DNA of 64,000 nucleotides from Eledone cirrhosa. Its lineage: Eukaryota. A model generated the notes under the pieces. The model did no database searches. It was not told the origin of the DNA and saw only the letters and a program-made list of their open reading frames with translations. The DNA is taken from NCBI GenBank assembly GCA_964016885.1, contig OZ024751.1, positions 31,744,001-31,808,000 of the forward strand. The letters are read 5' to 3'. This document shows, piece after piece, positions 56,901 to 63,668 of this stretch. The position numbers and the translations under genes were made by a program. Numbering within the stretch: the stretch's first letter is position 1; each line of letters starts with the position of its first letter.

Positions 56901-59395
56901 GTGGGGGCACACTTAATCTGTTGTTTTGTTTAACATCACACCACCTGGTTCTTGAGTATCTTTAGTAGAGTATGAGAGAGAAAATGATTGACAAAATCAC
57001 AAACTTCATTCCCTCATTTCCATTGGTCTTTCCATTGTTGATACTATCTACCGGCCATAACTCCTGGCAGAAGGAGCAACGTGAAATAAAGTGTCTAGCT
57101 CAAGGACATAGTGCATTGCTTGGTCCAGTAATTGTACTTGGATTCATGATTGCGAATCAAATTCTCTAACCACTATGCCACATCCCTTCACTATTAGAGT
57201 ATACACTGTTGCAAAGTCTTCAGGCAGGTCTCCACGCTCTTTGTAGCATATAAGCTATAGCTTATTCTTGTCTCAGTGCTGAGTAAGCATCACTGATGAT
57301 GGATAAAAATCCTGAAACACTGGTGCTTGGTGTTTTCACATGGTTACTGAGATAGCTGTGACATGACCACAGCTTAAAACATTCATAGTAAGACATATAT
57401 ACGTTTATTATACATTGACATATTCTATATGCCTTCATACACACACCTCTATTATGAATTACGCTATGTTAGTGCTACTGCTAATTATCTCGGTGTATCA
57501 GGTGTAATTTGGAGCATTAAAAACAAAAGTGTTATTATTGGTTAAATATTTGATGTTATTTGTGCATTTTCAGTGTTTCAAACACATTGTCGATCAGCTG
57601 TTATCAAAAAATTATGTGGTCGCTGCTGTGAAAACTGCTTTGCTCTCACCATACACTCAGTTACATAAGTCCACAATTGAACATTTACAGACACAAAACC
57701 AGGTAACTTATTCTTATCATTTACCATTTCTGCTCTGGTTCTTCATGTGGAACCATTCTGATTTCTTCTTACATTGACCACACATTTTAGAGGAAAGTTA
57801 TAGTTAATAGAATTAATTCTAGTATATTATTACATAATGCTGGTTCCACAATAAAATACACTCAGTGCACCCTGTAAAGAGGTAGTGCTGGTTCCACAAT
57901 AAAATACACCCAGTGCACTCTATAAAGAGGTAGTGCTGGTGTAAAAATAAAATACACCCAGTGCACCCTATAAAGAGGTAGTGCTGGTGCCACAATAAAA
58001 TGCATCTAGTCCACCCTGTAAAGGGGTAGTGCTGGTGCCACAATAAAATGCATCTAGTCCACCCTGTAAAGGGGTAGGGCTGGTGCCACAATAAAATGCA
58101 TCTAGTCCACCCTGTAAAGGGGTAGTGCTGGTGCCACAATAAAATGCATCTAGTCCACCCTGTAAAGGGGTGGTGCTAGTGCCACAATAAAATGCATCTA
58201 GTCCACCCTGTAAAGGGGTAGTGCTAGTGCCACAATAAAATGCATCTAGTCCACCCTGTAAAGGGGTAGTGCTGGTGCCACAATAAAATGCATCTAGTCC
58301 ACCCTGTAAAGGGGTAGTGCTGGTGCCACAATAAAATGCATCTAGTCCACCCTGTAAAGGGGTAGTGCTAGTTCCACAATAAAATGCATCTAGTCCACCC
58401 TGTAAAGGGGTAGTGCTAGTTCCACAATAAAATGCATCTAGTCCACCCTGTAAAGGGGTAGTGCTAGTTCCACAATAAAATGCATCTAGTCCACCCTGTA
58501 AAGGGGTAGTGCTAGTGCCACAATTAAATGCATCTAGTCCACCCTGTAAAGGGGTAGTGCTGGTTCCACAATTAAATGCATCTAGTCCACCCTGTAAAGG
58601 GGTAGTGCTGGTTCCACAATTAAATGCATCTAGTCCACCCTGTAAAGGGGTAGTGCTGGTTCCACAATTAAATGTACTCGACATCCTGTAAGATGCTGAT
58701 ACCACGGGGAAAAACACCCACTCTACTCTGTAAGTTGAACTCACACCACACACTTACACACTGTCAAAGACAAACGTACATCTCAATTCCTCCTCATTAT
58801 TTGCTGCTGTCTTTTAGAGGTAGTTGGAATTCTTAGCTAACCAAAACTAAACTTTAACTTCTAAATATCCTATGTTTGTCGTCCTTGGATTATTTCATGG
58901 GGAGACAACTTTGGTAGCAGTAACGAACATGTTTGAACTATAAGCAGGTGCTTAAATATCCATGACACACCTTATATCATTAGGGCGTCCCCTAAAACTC
59001 CATCAGGAGTTACTGGTCAGTACAAACATGCAAATGTTTTTTTAAATAGAGATTGTTTTTTTTACTGTTCTAAATGTTGGCTTTTTATTTTTCTCTGGCA
59101 GGTGGAAGATGACAGTGAATTATTTAACCTGATATTATTGAATCATCTAATGGCTAGTATTGTTAACAGCTGTTATTACCAGCCTCTCGTCAACTTTCTC
59201 CTCAATGAACAAGTAGTTTATCAAGACTCATTACTTCCAAACCATCTTGATATTGACCTTATATGTCAGCAACTCATCGACAATGGTTTTAAAGCAGAAG
59301 CTGGTTCAGTATTGTTCAAGTCTCGCAGCACCCATCCCATGTTCCAGACTTTCGGGGCAGCTCTCAGTGTTTGTAAACACTGGCTAAAGATGTGA
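13286..59395 (+). CDS. NBAS: NBAS (neuroblastoma-amplified sequence; NRZ tethering complex subunit, Sec39-like; NMD factor), 45 coding exons, 5' part not in window
   Basis: The spliced peptide LVCLRSTTPEELYAQK-IDNEEYGEALALAKAYGLDCDLVYQRQWQKS-KRSWVLHECLERVP...YGLKGTD, together with HRLAILSNFPETTSP, LPLQIRL, GVDIQRFTEDKAYKQETILGLA and WEVYMTHLEFLF, matches NBAS as I recall it. All 45 exons have AG/GT boundaries with consistent phases. Confidence 0.93.
15636..15761 (+). CDS. NBAS: NBAS exon
   Basis: IDNEEYGEALALAKAYGLDCDLVYQRQWQKSAVSLASIEDYL; ag/gt boundaries. Confidence 0.92.
15828..16050. repeat. 21-bp minisatellite (cagctactaatatttactata)n
   Basis: About 10 degenerate tandem copies. Confidence 0.9.
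16073..16224 (+). CDS. NBAS: NBAS exon
   Basis: RKISKRSWVLHECLERVPDSINALRELMEYGLKGTDLQ. Confidence 0.92.
16311..16646. mobile_element. Putative Tc1/mariner-type MITE
   Basis: Imperfect terminal inverted repeats (ctcttgggtctcgaataa ... ttatttgggacgtgagag) flanked by TA on both sides. Confidence 0.5.
16764..16910 (+). CDS. NBAS: NBAS exon
   Basis: LVMCNDEDLIYDSDEEEDYDPFS...REELLSQIDFC; phase-consistent. Confidence 0.85.
16963..17150 (+). mobile_element. tRNA-derived SINE; related copies at ~12940-13020, 18365-18490(-), 42150-42720, 45470-45750, 59775-60175
   Basis: B-box-like ttcaaatcc, shared body gaggttagctttgcctttcatcct...gataaaataaagtaccagta; other copies end in ggccttgtgcctaaattagaaac(att)n. 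Confidence 0.75.
17671..17749 (+). CDS. NBAS: NBAS exon
   Basis: LLLEQKELSRARMKLLQYLYRLRTYE. Confidence 0.9.
18618..18722 (+). CDS. NBAS: NBAS exon
   Basis: LILGGIHVAQERFNKVFFERFRSENIVEEAVKFAQ. Confidence 0.9.
19280..20180 (-). mobile_element. 5'-truncated RTE-clade LINE, family A (ORF C-terminus and 3'UTR)
   Basis: GWKKFRQLIPLL, KGRLYDACIRTAMLHGSETW, RRLRWYGHMMR, GRPRKT; (GAT)n tail; close relative of the copy at 30520. Confidence 0.9.
20330..20394 (+). CDS. NBAS: NBAS exon
   Basis: DSEVVAVEALFTYHGSGVLPHR. Confidence 0.9.
20450..20650. repeat. ~32-36 bp minisatellite (ttgactttataaccccatatcatgacatttt..)
   Basis: About 6 tandem copies. Confidence 0.85.
20860..20931 (+). CDS. NBAS: NBAS exon
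   Basis: LAILSNFPETTSPREYSNLLPEV. Confidence 0.9.
20975..21400. repeat. ~23-bp degenerate minisatellite (tatcaaacattctgatattaat)
   Basis: Many tandem copies. Confidence 0.85.
21470..21544 (+). CDS. NBAS: NBAS exon
   Basis: PNGMMFPWEEDRWRDDDWCEADDC. Confidence 0.88.
22038..22112 (+). CDS. NBAS: NBAS exon
   Basis: QAVDIHHYDVELNLYEEYPNLLKY. Confidence 0.87.
22329..22458 (+). CDS. NBAS: NBAS exon
   Basis: MLTQWYSERACEIELESRMVDNSVELIQIGIERGVP. Confidence 0.9.
22747..22881 (+). CDS. NBAS: NBAS exon
   Basis: GLEDLVNDLLTMDCLVYDCHIGCELSFKEIQNMSNIQKAHLLMSK. Confidence 0.9.
23256..23429 (+). CDS. NBAS: NBAS exon
   Basis: SSVEKYIKNIYSWLIPFLKRCEQ...AKEDLTLPLKVFEASKSN. Confidence 0.9.
23768..23841 (+). 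CDS. NBAS: NBAS exon
   Basis: LSTQIISNPADKIQMAVDVIYICE. Confidence 0.88.
24014..24460. repeat. Long inverted repeat (fold-back element), ~180 bp arms
   Basis: actagacctgaaaaatgcgcaagctcaaaagagccacagaatg... pairs with ...cattctgtggctcttttgagcttgcgcattttccaggtctagt. Confidence 0.92.
25267..25326 (+). CDS. NBAS: NBAS exon
   Basis: DDQISKAESIVKCLPNKIQ; ag/gtgagt. Confidence 0.87.
25472..25531 (+). CDS. NBAS: NBAS exon
   Basis: SGSYIQDLYKQKERLESHI. Confidence 0.85.
26260..26323 (+). CDS. NBAS: NBAS exon
   Basis: AAKIFEENGLKQTIYSIKMSQ. Confidence 0.87.
27045..27310 (+). mobile_element. 3' part of a SINE ending in an RTE family B tail
   Basis: Matches the element at 62225-62565; ends in ttgcaagcagggaaaaagcggacgtaaaatga. 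Confidence 0.75.
27684..27742 (+). CDS. NBAS: NBAS exon
   Basis: ESETAARNMLVKLTRAAGR. Confidence 0.87.
28129..28705 (+). mobile_element. 5'-truncated, degenerate RTE LINE, family B
   Basis: GWKKFRELLPLL, RLYDACVRCAMLHG, RGRPQKTWAEVV; (GAT)n tail; related to the copy at 52005. Confidence 0.88.
28949..29051 (+). CDS. NBAS: NBAS exon
   Basis: TPSLNDKGWITLHTNVMHLQEKLFSQISQAETLE. Confidence 0.88.
29084..29370 (-). mobile_element. Degenerate LINE RT fragment
   Basis: ISRLEFADDTALL...ARMKISVA (RT xADD motif region). Confidence 0.6.
29420..29790. repeat. 21-bp minisatellite (ttactatacctgatctccagg..)n
   Basis: About 17 tandem copies. Confidence 0.92.
29904..30121 (+). CDS. NBAS: NBAS exon
   Basis: IFVASLLCSSNLDTISLAKK...SVKLVLAASQEYFNSALDLSHFSMEMA. 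Confidence 0.9.
30321..30433 (+). CDS. NBAS: NBAS exon
   Basis: SCLNLIEEPSEVIQEELDLIEALSILGEFEISVLPLQ. Confidence 0.9.
30520..32083 (+). mobile_element. 5'-truncated RTE LINE, family A (RT, Cys-rich segment, C-terminus, 3'UTR); one frameshift near 31150
   Basis: VGVHQGSVLSPLLF, LLYADDL, WPCSVCRKGVGRNSILCPKCKVWVHKRCSGI, FRYLGD, LRWYGHVMR; (GAT)n tail. Confidence 0.93.
32468..32642. repeat. Inverted repeat with ~47 bp arms
   Basis: ataactagaaattgattaacatatatataaacatgaataatcac ... gtgattattcatgtttatatatatgttaatcaatttctagttat. Confidence 0.85.
32780..33066 (-). mobile_element. tRNA/CORE-like SINE carrying the RTE family A 3' tail
   Basis: Minus strand reads tggtttagtggttagagca...gagttcaattc (A/B boxes), then ttcttgagcaagacact, then sequence nearly identical to 31905-32080. 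Confidence 0.8.
33133..36493 (+). mobile_element. Cluster of non-autonomous Helitrons: 33133-34045, 34046-36493, and a nested copy at 34814-36188
   Basis: 5' TC(tatatatataaaactg) starts, 3' GC-rich hairpin cccg-agcaacgc-cggg followed by CTAG, A^T insertion sites without TSD, internal gtgcagacagacagtc minisatellite. Confidence 0.85.
35275..35920. repeat. ~90-bp tandem repeat, 7 copies, inside the nested Helitron
   Basis: cctctatgaggtcactaaacctgctagaaacagcagctaactctccctcatatcacacc...tgtcttaaatttagaaaac. Confidence 0.92.
36514..36886. repeat. Near-perfect ~370 bp palindrome with a 7-nt loop
   Basis: Centre ...gttcactcactagagtt-ttgtccc-aactctagtgagtgaac...; ends taaagatccgaaggcatggt / accatgccttcggatcttta. 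Confidence 0.93.
40116..40195 (+). CDS. NBAS: NBAS exon (after a ~9.7 kb TE-filled intron)
   Basis: (I)RLEKNRLKYVKEALNSRSNSYQLSDK; completes the LPLQIRL motif. Confidence 0.88.
41074..41163 (+). CDS. NBAS: NBAS exon
   Basis: LLRLAKLLRVSDDAEIEGQVYQLIAEKALD. Confidence 0.88.
41268..41548. repeat. 30-bp minisatellite (tgttggtagatataggtactggtttagtta)n
   Basis: About 9 copies. Confidence 0.92.
41632..41750 (+). CDS. NBAS: NBAS exon
   Basis: AKDYMRAYYACSRLMEKSYPPAWSVCMDLSQNGNCVLGT. Confidence 0.88.
41917..42004 (+). CDS. NBAS: NBAS exon
   Basis: IELLDFALTYCEPNQIQSILDAKALIDIQ. Confidence 0.88.
42847..43233 (+). CDS. NBAS: NBAS exon
   Basis: LLYDQVCAEF...VLNQTKDILLST...EKQACHPFYEEIIENCAVDK. Confidence 0.9.
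43355..43690 (+). mobile_element. tRNA-derived SINE
   Basis: tggctgagtggttt (A box) ... caggttcagttc (B box), CORE-like catcttggccaagtgtc; body partly shared with 60985-61200. Confidence 0.65.
43877..44006 (+). CDS. NBAS: NBAS exon
   Basis: KVANFETFEHHVPALVETSDIVLRTAKLKETLTEGKEYMPATE. Confidence 0.88.
44475..44551 (+). CDS. NBAS: NBAS exon
   Basis: LLKLAGATITTDFSLGLAYLLALPN. Confidence 0.9.
44816..45110 (+). CDS. NBAS: NBAS exon
   Basis: IEDADQCFSQLPNTTLSIQLAEYYYSLQLY...DHAQARFLRGLGR. Confidence 0.92.
45833..45899 (+). CDS. NBAS: NBAS exon
   Basis: GVDIQRFTEDKAYKQETILGLA. Confidence 0.92.
46242..46352 (+). CDS. NBAS: NBAS exon
   Basis: TNEADVFNIAISLADRYNLSQWEVYMTHLEFLFCES. Confidence 0.92.
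46843..47093 (+). CDS. NBAS: NBAS exon
   Basis: RMQDYVYPFIEGEDHSRLIYYYSLF...HVNLLKKLRPIAP. Confidence 0.92.
47656..47774 (+). CDS. NBAS: NBAS exon
   Basis: GLDYKLLMTSEDPLVSVIQPVLSKENVNTIAKLASKIPNK. Confidence 0.9.
48324..48419 (+). CDS. NBAS: NBAS exon
   Basis: SGGFIRPGMVYSVWAAKSFWNAKENRPKLSGD. Confidence 0.88.
49008..49121 (+). CDS. NBAS: NBAS exon
   Basis: SCWLQQYDDCLEFTQKMVPADFLTFIESITFVSPSREK. Confidence 0.88.
49294..49388 (+). CDS. NBAS: NBAS exon
   Basis: LTLNCRENILKKALKYCYQDEGKKKKKQDDS. Confidence 0.87.
50380..50542 (+). CDS. NBAS: NBAS exon
   Basis: CDVTWVIAADTIERYLEHLRSQKNPVIEKLQ...QFDLSMGNIEQ. Confidence 0.87.
51000..51490 (+). mobile_element. Highly degenerate LINE RT fragment
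   Basis: aaagcttttgatagggttga (KAFDRV) and SAYADDVT motifs in broken frames. Confidence 0.55.
51532..51674 (+). CDS. NBAS: NBAS exon
   Basis: LKKLHIQILVDGNSLELIEKILSVQSIDDWNTASVVQNALVYSIDYT. Confidence 0.87.
52005..54155 (-). mobile_element. 5'-truncated RTE LINE, family B (linker, RT, C-terminus) with stops and frameshifts
   Basis: TWWWN, KGKGDALERSNYRGIKL, DLENAFDRVP, VGVHQGSVLSPLLF, LLYADD, LRWYGHV; tail reads (TCA)n on the + strand. Confidence 0.93.
54292..54387 (+). CDS. NBAS: NBAS exon
   Basis: DKTCHSDIFDKLGGISVIEGIVQNVVKHQES. Confidence 0.85.
54924..55032 (+). CDS. NBAS: NBAS exon
   Basis: GQLVTADEILSQVLPFCSDVSIGVQPRLSLLAMLEK. Confidence 0.9.
55477..55563 (+). CDS. NBAS: NBAS exon
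   Basis: NFHLKPEDVKLLMFYRTSAIIEESWPEYK. Confidence 0.9.
55780..55980 (+). mobile_element. Short degenerate RTE-like 3' fragment
   Basis: ggcaagagacgcagaggtcgacct...agatggttggataacat, resembling GKRRRGRP..RWLDNI. Confidence 0.5.
56228..56361 (+). CDS. NBAS: NBAS exon
   Basis: ISNKEIESNASRHKLFTNLLTSSTNNNQFTAVCQLLKMWPAFEN. Confidence 0.9.
56682..56811 (+). CDS. NBAS: NBAS exon
   Basis: NQNTASENPWIQLVTTMTTFSDCVPMIGTILKDIPEEAALSEE. Confidence 0.87.
57574..57702 (+). CDS. NBAS: NBAS exon
   Basis: CFKHIVDQLLSKNYVVAAVKTALLSPYTQLHKSTIEHLQTQNQ. Confidence 0.87.
57845..58735. repeat. 48-bp minisatellite, ~18 copies
   Basis: Unit tagtccaccctgtaaaggggtagtgctggtgccacaataaaatgcatc; period 48 (58011 to 58059). 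Confidence 0.95.
59102..59395 (+). CDS. NBAS: NBAS terminal coding exon
   Basis: VEDDSELFNLILLN...GFKAEAGSVLFKSRSTHPMFQTFGAALSVCKHWLKM*. Confidence 0.92.
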   Translation: MEDDSELFNLILLNHLMASIVNSCYYQPLVNFLLNEQVVYQDSLLPNHLDIDLICQQLIDNGFKAEAGSVLFKSRSTHPMFQTFGAALSVCKHWLKM

Positions 59396-59681
59396 TCTGA
59401 TTGGTTCACAGCACCCATCCCATCCCATGTTCCAGACTTTCGAGTTTGTAAACACTGGCTAAAGATGTGATCTGAATAGGTTCACAGCACTCGGCCCATC
59501 CCATGTTCCAGACTTTCGGGGGCAGCTCTCGGTGTTCGTAAACACTGGCTAAAGATGTGATCTGATTGGTTTATATTTATTGATACTTTACACCTTTTAA
59601 GATGATCAAATACAGACAAACAAACACAGAAACAAGCAAACCTGAGATCCAACTAATTAACATATCAAAAGAAACATTGTT

Positions 59682-59687
59682 AATAAA
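59682..59687 (+). terminator. Candidate NBAS polyadenylation signal (AATAAA)
   Basis: AATAAA about 290 nt after the stop codon. Confidence 0.45.
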
Positions 59688-60269
59688 ATACAACAGTAAT
59701 TACTGTACTTTGGCAAGAGTCATCTAGTTAACAATTGTTAAGAGTTGTCTAATTATTATTATTATTATTATTATTAAGGGTGGTGGATTGGCAGAATTGT
59801 TAGTGTTGGATAAAATGCTTTGCAGCATTTATTCCAGTTGTGAGTTCAATTCATGCCAAGGTCTACTTTATCTACTGGTCTACTGGGGTAGATTTAATTG
59901 ACTTTCCCCTCCCCACAAATTGTTGGCCTTGTGCCTAAATTAGAAACCATTATTATTGTATTAGGGCGGTGAATTGACAGTATCGGAAGAGTGTCGGACA
60001 ATATGCTTTGTGGCATACAGTTACAGCCCTTTATGTTCTGAGTTCAAATCTTGCCGAGGTTAGCTTTGCCTTTCATCCAAGTACCAGTAATACACTGAGG
60101 TTGATTTAATCAACTTTCCCATCCCCCAAAATATGCTGGCCTTGTGCCTAAATCAGAAACCATTATTATTATTATTACCTAATTAGTTAATAGTCTTAGC
60201 AAGTCTATAAACCTGCGATATCTGATATTCTACGGACAAAAAATACATTTGTATAAACAGAAATCTGAT

Positions 60270-60580
60270 GTATTTTCACACATGTAGTGATGTACACACA
60301 CACACACATGTAGTGATGTACTCTCACAAATGTAGTGATGTACTCTCACACATGTAGTGATGTACACACACACACACACACATGTAGTAATGTACACACA
60401 CACACATGTAGTGATGTACACACACAGCCATGTAGTGATGTATACACACACACACACACACACACACACATTTACACATGTAGTGATGTCCTCTCTCACA
60501 CATGTAGTGAGTACACACACACATTCACACATGTAGTGATGTACTCTCTCACACATGTAGTGCTGTACTTGCACACAAAT
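60270..60580. repeat. (CA)n-interspersed minisatellite acacatgtagtgatgt
   Basis: Direct inspection. Confidence 0.85.
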
Positions 60581-60799
60581 GTACAGTGACGCTTGTTTCT
60601 ATTACATCAGTTTAATGTAATCCTGTTTTTTAATTAACAGAAATCAGGCGATGATGTCATAACCTAAAGTCTTTAATTAACAGAAATCAGTTAATGAAGT
60701 CATAACCTAAACAATCTTTAATTAATTCTTTTCTATTAATATTTCTCTTTCACTAATTTAATTGAATTCTATGCACCTGCATCATTAATTACTACTTAC

Positions 60800-60985
60800 A
60801 TCAAGGTCACCACCTCATCGCTTTATATGGCATGTATGAAGGTCACCACCTCATCGCTTTATATGGCATGTATGAAGGTCACCACCTCATCGCTTTATAT
60901 GGCATGTATGAAGGCCACCTCGTCCATCGTTTTATATGGAACGCGTTAATGTCACCACTCCAGCATTTTATATGGAATATGTGAA
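60800..60985. repeat. Tandem repeat aaggtcaccacctcatcgctttatatggcatgtatg
   Basis: 3 near-perfect and 2 degenerate copies. Confidence 0.85.
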
Positions 60986-61963
60986 GGCATGTGGCAGAGT
61001 GGTTAGGGTTGTGGGTTAATTTCCAGGCTAGGCAATGAGTTGTGTCCTTGAGCAAGACACATTTTCATGTTGCTCCAGTCTACTCAGCTAAGGGGGCCAA
61101 TTTTGTTACACATTGTGTCATGTTGTGAAGCTCCCTGACGACTATGTTGAAGGTGCACATGTCTGTGGAATACTGAGTCACTTACATGTTAATTTCACGA
61201 GCAGGAGGTAAACATTACCAGCAGGAGGTAAACATTACGAGCAGGAGGTAAACAATGTTCGTGGTAGAGGAAGGAAGAATACAACAGCCCAAATCTCTGT
61301 GAAACTTACAAATCTGATTGGGCTGACGGTAAACCATGTCTAAATTTGAGATAGGTTCCCATGGAAACATTTCAAAACAAAAATTAAGTTGTCTTTTATT
61401 TAAAGTATAATACCCTGTGTCATTACAGTAAGTTATTACCTGTTATTGCAAGGATAATACTCTGTATCATTACATTGTAAAGATGTCTAAGAATTGTATC
61501 ATTTCTTTGATTATAATAAATATATAATATTCACTACGTTTTTCCCTTGTTTGTAAAACCACACACACCCTTACATATATATACACACACATACACATAC
61601 ACACCATGCACACCCATAGAGAATGCACTTACATACCACATACACACACACACACCCATACTCAAATATATGTATGTATGCGAAAAGTTAGACAACACCG
61701 GAAATCATTGCAGTACAATCTTCATCATCATCATCGTTTAACATCTATCTTCCATGCTAGCATGGGTTTAGACGGGAATTGTCCCACTTGAGGCAAGATT
61801 GGTCGTCTCGCTCGTATAGGACTGTCTGGCGGGTTTTCTACGGCTGGATGCCCTTCCTAACACCAACCACATTTACAGTGAAGATATATATTATATATAC
61901 AATGACGATATATATATACAAGGAAGATATATTAGTTTAAAGCTTGATATAAAAGGAAAAGAG

Positions 61964-61998
61964 TCTTAACGTTTCAGATGTTAGTCCTTCATCAGAAG
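61964..61998 (-). ncRNA. Candidate minimal type I hammerhead ribozyme (Penelope-like element type)
   Basis: Minus strand reads UCUU-CUGAUGA-AGG-ACUAACA-UCU-GAA-ACGU-U-AAGA: both core boxes, stem I UCUU/AAGA, short stem II, palindromic ACGU in place of stem III. Confidence 0.6.
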
Positions 61999-62224
61999 AT
62001 ATGAGAAATAAAAGCTGAAGTAAAAAGATAGTGAGAATTCAGTCAGCCATTTTGGAGAAATATATATATATATATAAACAGGGTATCTTAAGGGTCACTA
62101 TCCATAAATATAAAAGGTAGAGGAGAGTAAAAAGAACGATTAAAAAACGTTCTTGAGGGAGAAAGCACATGTTTATTCAGTTTACCATTTATATGCACAC
62201 ATACACACACACTCGCATGCATAT

Positions 62225-62565
62225 CATCATTTTTACGTCCGCTTTTCCCTGCTTGCAAGAGTGGGATGGGAACTGATTCAGGCTTGATTTCTACAGCTGG
62301 ATGCCCTTCCTAACACCAACCTCATTTACAGTGAGTGCTGGGTGCTTTTTTGCCGTGGCACCTCCACGACCACTTTACAATGGAATGATAGGGACCCCAG
62401 TCCCTATCATCTCATTTCTACAGCTGAGTAAACTGGAGCAATGTGAAATAAAGTGTCTTGCTCAAGGAAACAACACATCACCCGGTCTGAGAATTGAACT
62501 CACAACCTTTCGATTGCAAGATTGCAAGGCCAATGCTTTAACCACTAAGCCATATGCCTCTCACA
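62225..62565 (-). mobile_element. tRNA/CORE-like SINE with RTE family B 3' tail
   Basis: Same head as 32945-33066; internal hairpin atgatagggac-tggg-gtccctatcat; tail cttgcaagcagggaaaagcggacgtaaaaatgatgat. Confidence 0.8.
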
Positions 62566-62589
62566 CACGTATATCTAAGTCTAAAGTCT

Positions 62590-62865
62590 GTCTTAAGTCA
62601 GAAGGTTCATTTGGCTGGTGCTTATCCCGGTTTCATGGCGTGAAGCAACTGAGAGTACAAGACCCCACCCTGGACAGAACGCCAGTCCATCGCAGGGTTA
62701 AACCCGCAGATACTGCTGGTACTCATTTGCAGGTGAGTGTACTGGAGCAACGTGAAATGAAGTGTTTTGCTCAAGAAAACAACACGCAACCCAGTCGAGG
62801 AATTGAACCCATGACATTATGATCGTAAGTCCAACACCCTTACCTCTAGGCCACTGCCTCCTCAT
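62590..62865 (-). mobile_element. tRNA-derived SINE of another subfamily; related copies at ~46410-46600 and 20710-20815
   Basis: gtggcctagaggtaaggg...ggttcaattcc (A/B boxes), ttcttgagcaaaacacttcatttcacgttgctccagt, ccctgcgatggactggcgttctgtccagggtgggg. Confidence 0.75.
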
Positions 62866-63536
62866 CCACACATATATACATAAATATATACATAAATATA
62901 TACATATCTCCCCACATATTTCTATGTAAGTCGACATAGCCCTTAATTCTAAGTCAGTCAATTCCCTAAAACTGGTGAACTGCAATAGATGATGATGATG
63001 TTCAGTTATGTCAGAATCGTCCACCATGGGCCGGCTGTGTTGCCCTCAACATATGGTAGCCACACCCATCTGCTCATAAAACTGCATTTTTTTTTTTTTT
63101 TTTTTTTTTTAAAATTAAAATTTTTTATTTTTTTATTTTTTTTTTAATAGAAAAAACAACTTTATGACCAATCGTTTCTAAAACAGGGTAGGGTTGTCTG
63201 CCGTACAGGGCCGGGTAATTAGACGGTCGGTGGGGAGTCGGGTAAAATAAACTACAATCTTAAAGGTTTGGGTTTGGTTAGTAATTGAGGATGGTTTCAG
63301 GGGGGGGGGGGGGGGTGAAACAGCATGGTACGTGTGTGTGTCGGTTTTTCTGTGTATCTACATTACTGTATGTGCGTGCGTTCAGTGTGCAAGTACACAC
63401 ACACATACACCACATACATACAGACCGTACACATACACACGACACACACCACACATACACGCACATCCACCTATAAGTGCAAGTATGTATGTTTATTTTT
63501 TTTTGTTATGTATATATATATATATATACATATATG

Positions 63537-63572
<36 letters not shown>

Positions 63573-63573
63573 C

Positions 63574-63604
<31 letters not shown>

Positions 63605-63636
63605 CATATATGTATATATATATATATATATATAGA

Positions 63637-63668
<32 letters not shown>

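Noticed and set aside
57845-58735. CRISPR-like regular array and a 261-aa repeat ORF (CGTSTTPLQGGLDAFY)n
   Set aside because: Units are directly tandem with no unique spacers, there are no cas genes, and it lies in a eukaryotic intron. The ORF exists only because the 48-bp period is a multiple of 3.
62930-63300. Possible start of a neighbouring gene (CCACCATGG at ~63021; minus-strand MVDDSDITEHHHH; GC-rich patch at 63200-63300)
   Set aside because: The plus-strand ORF is only 17 codons, and the minus-strand ORF runs into microsatellite and SINE sequence with no clear donor; no recognisable homology.
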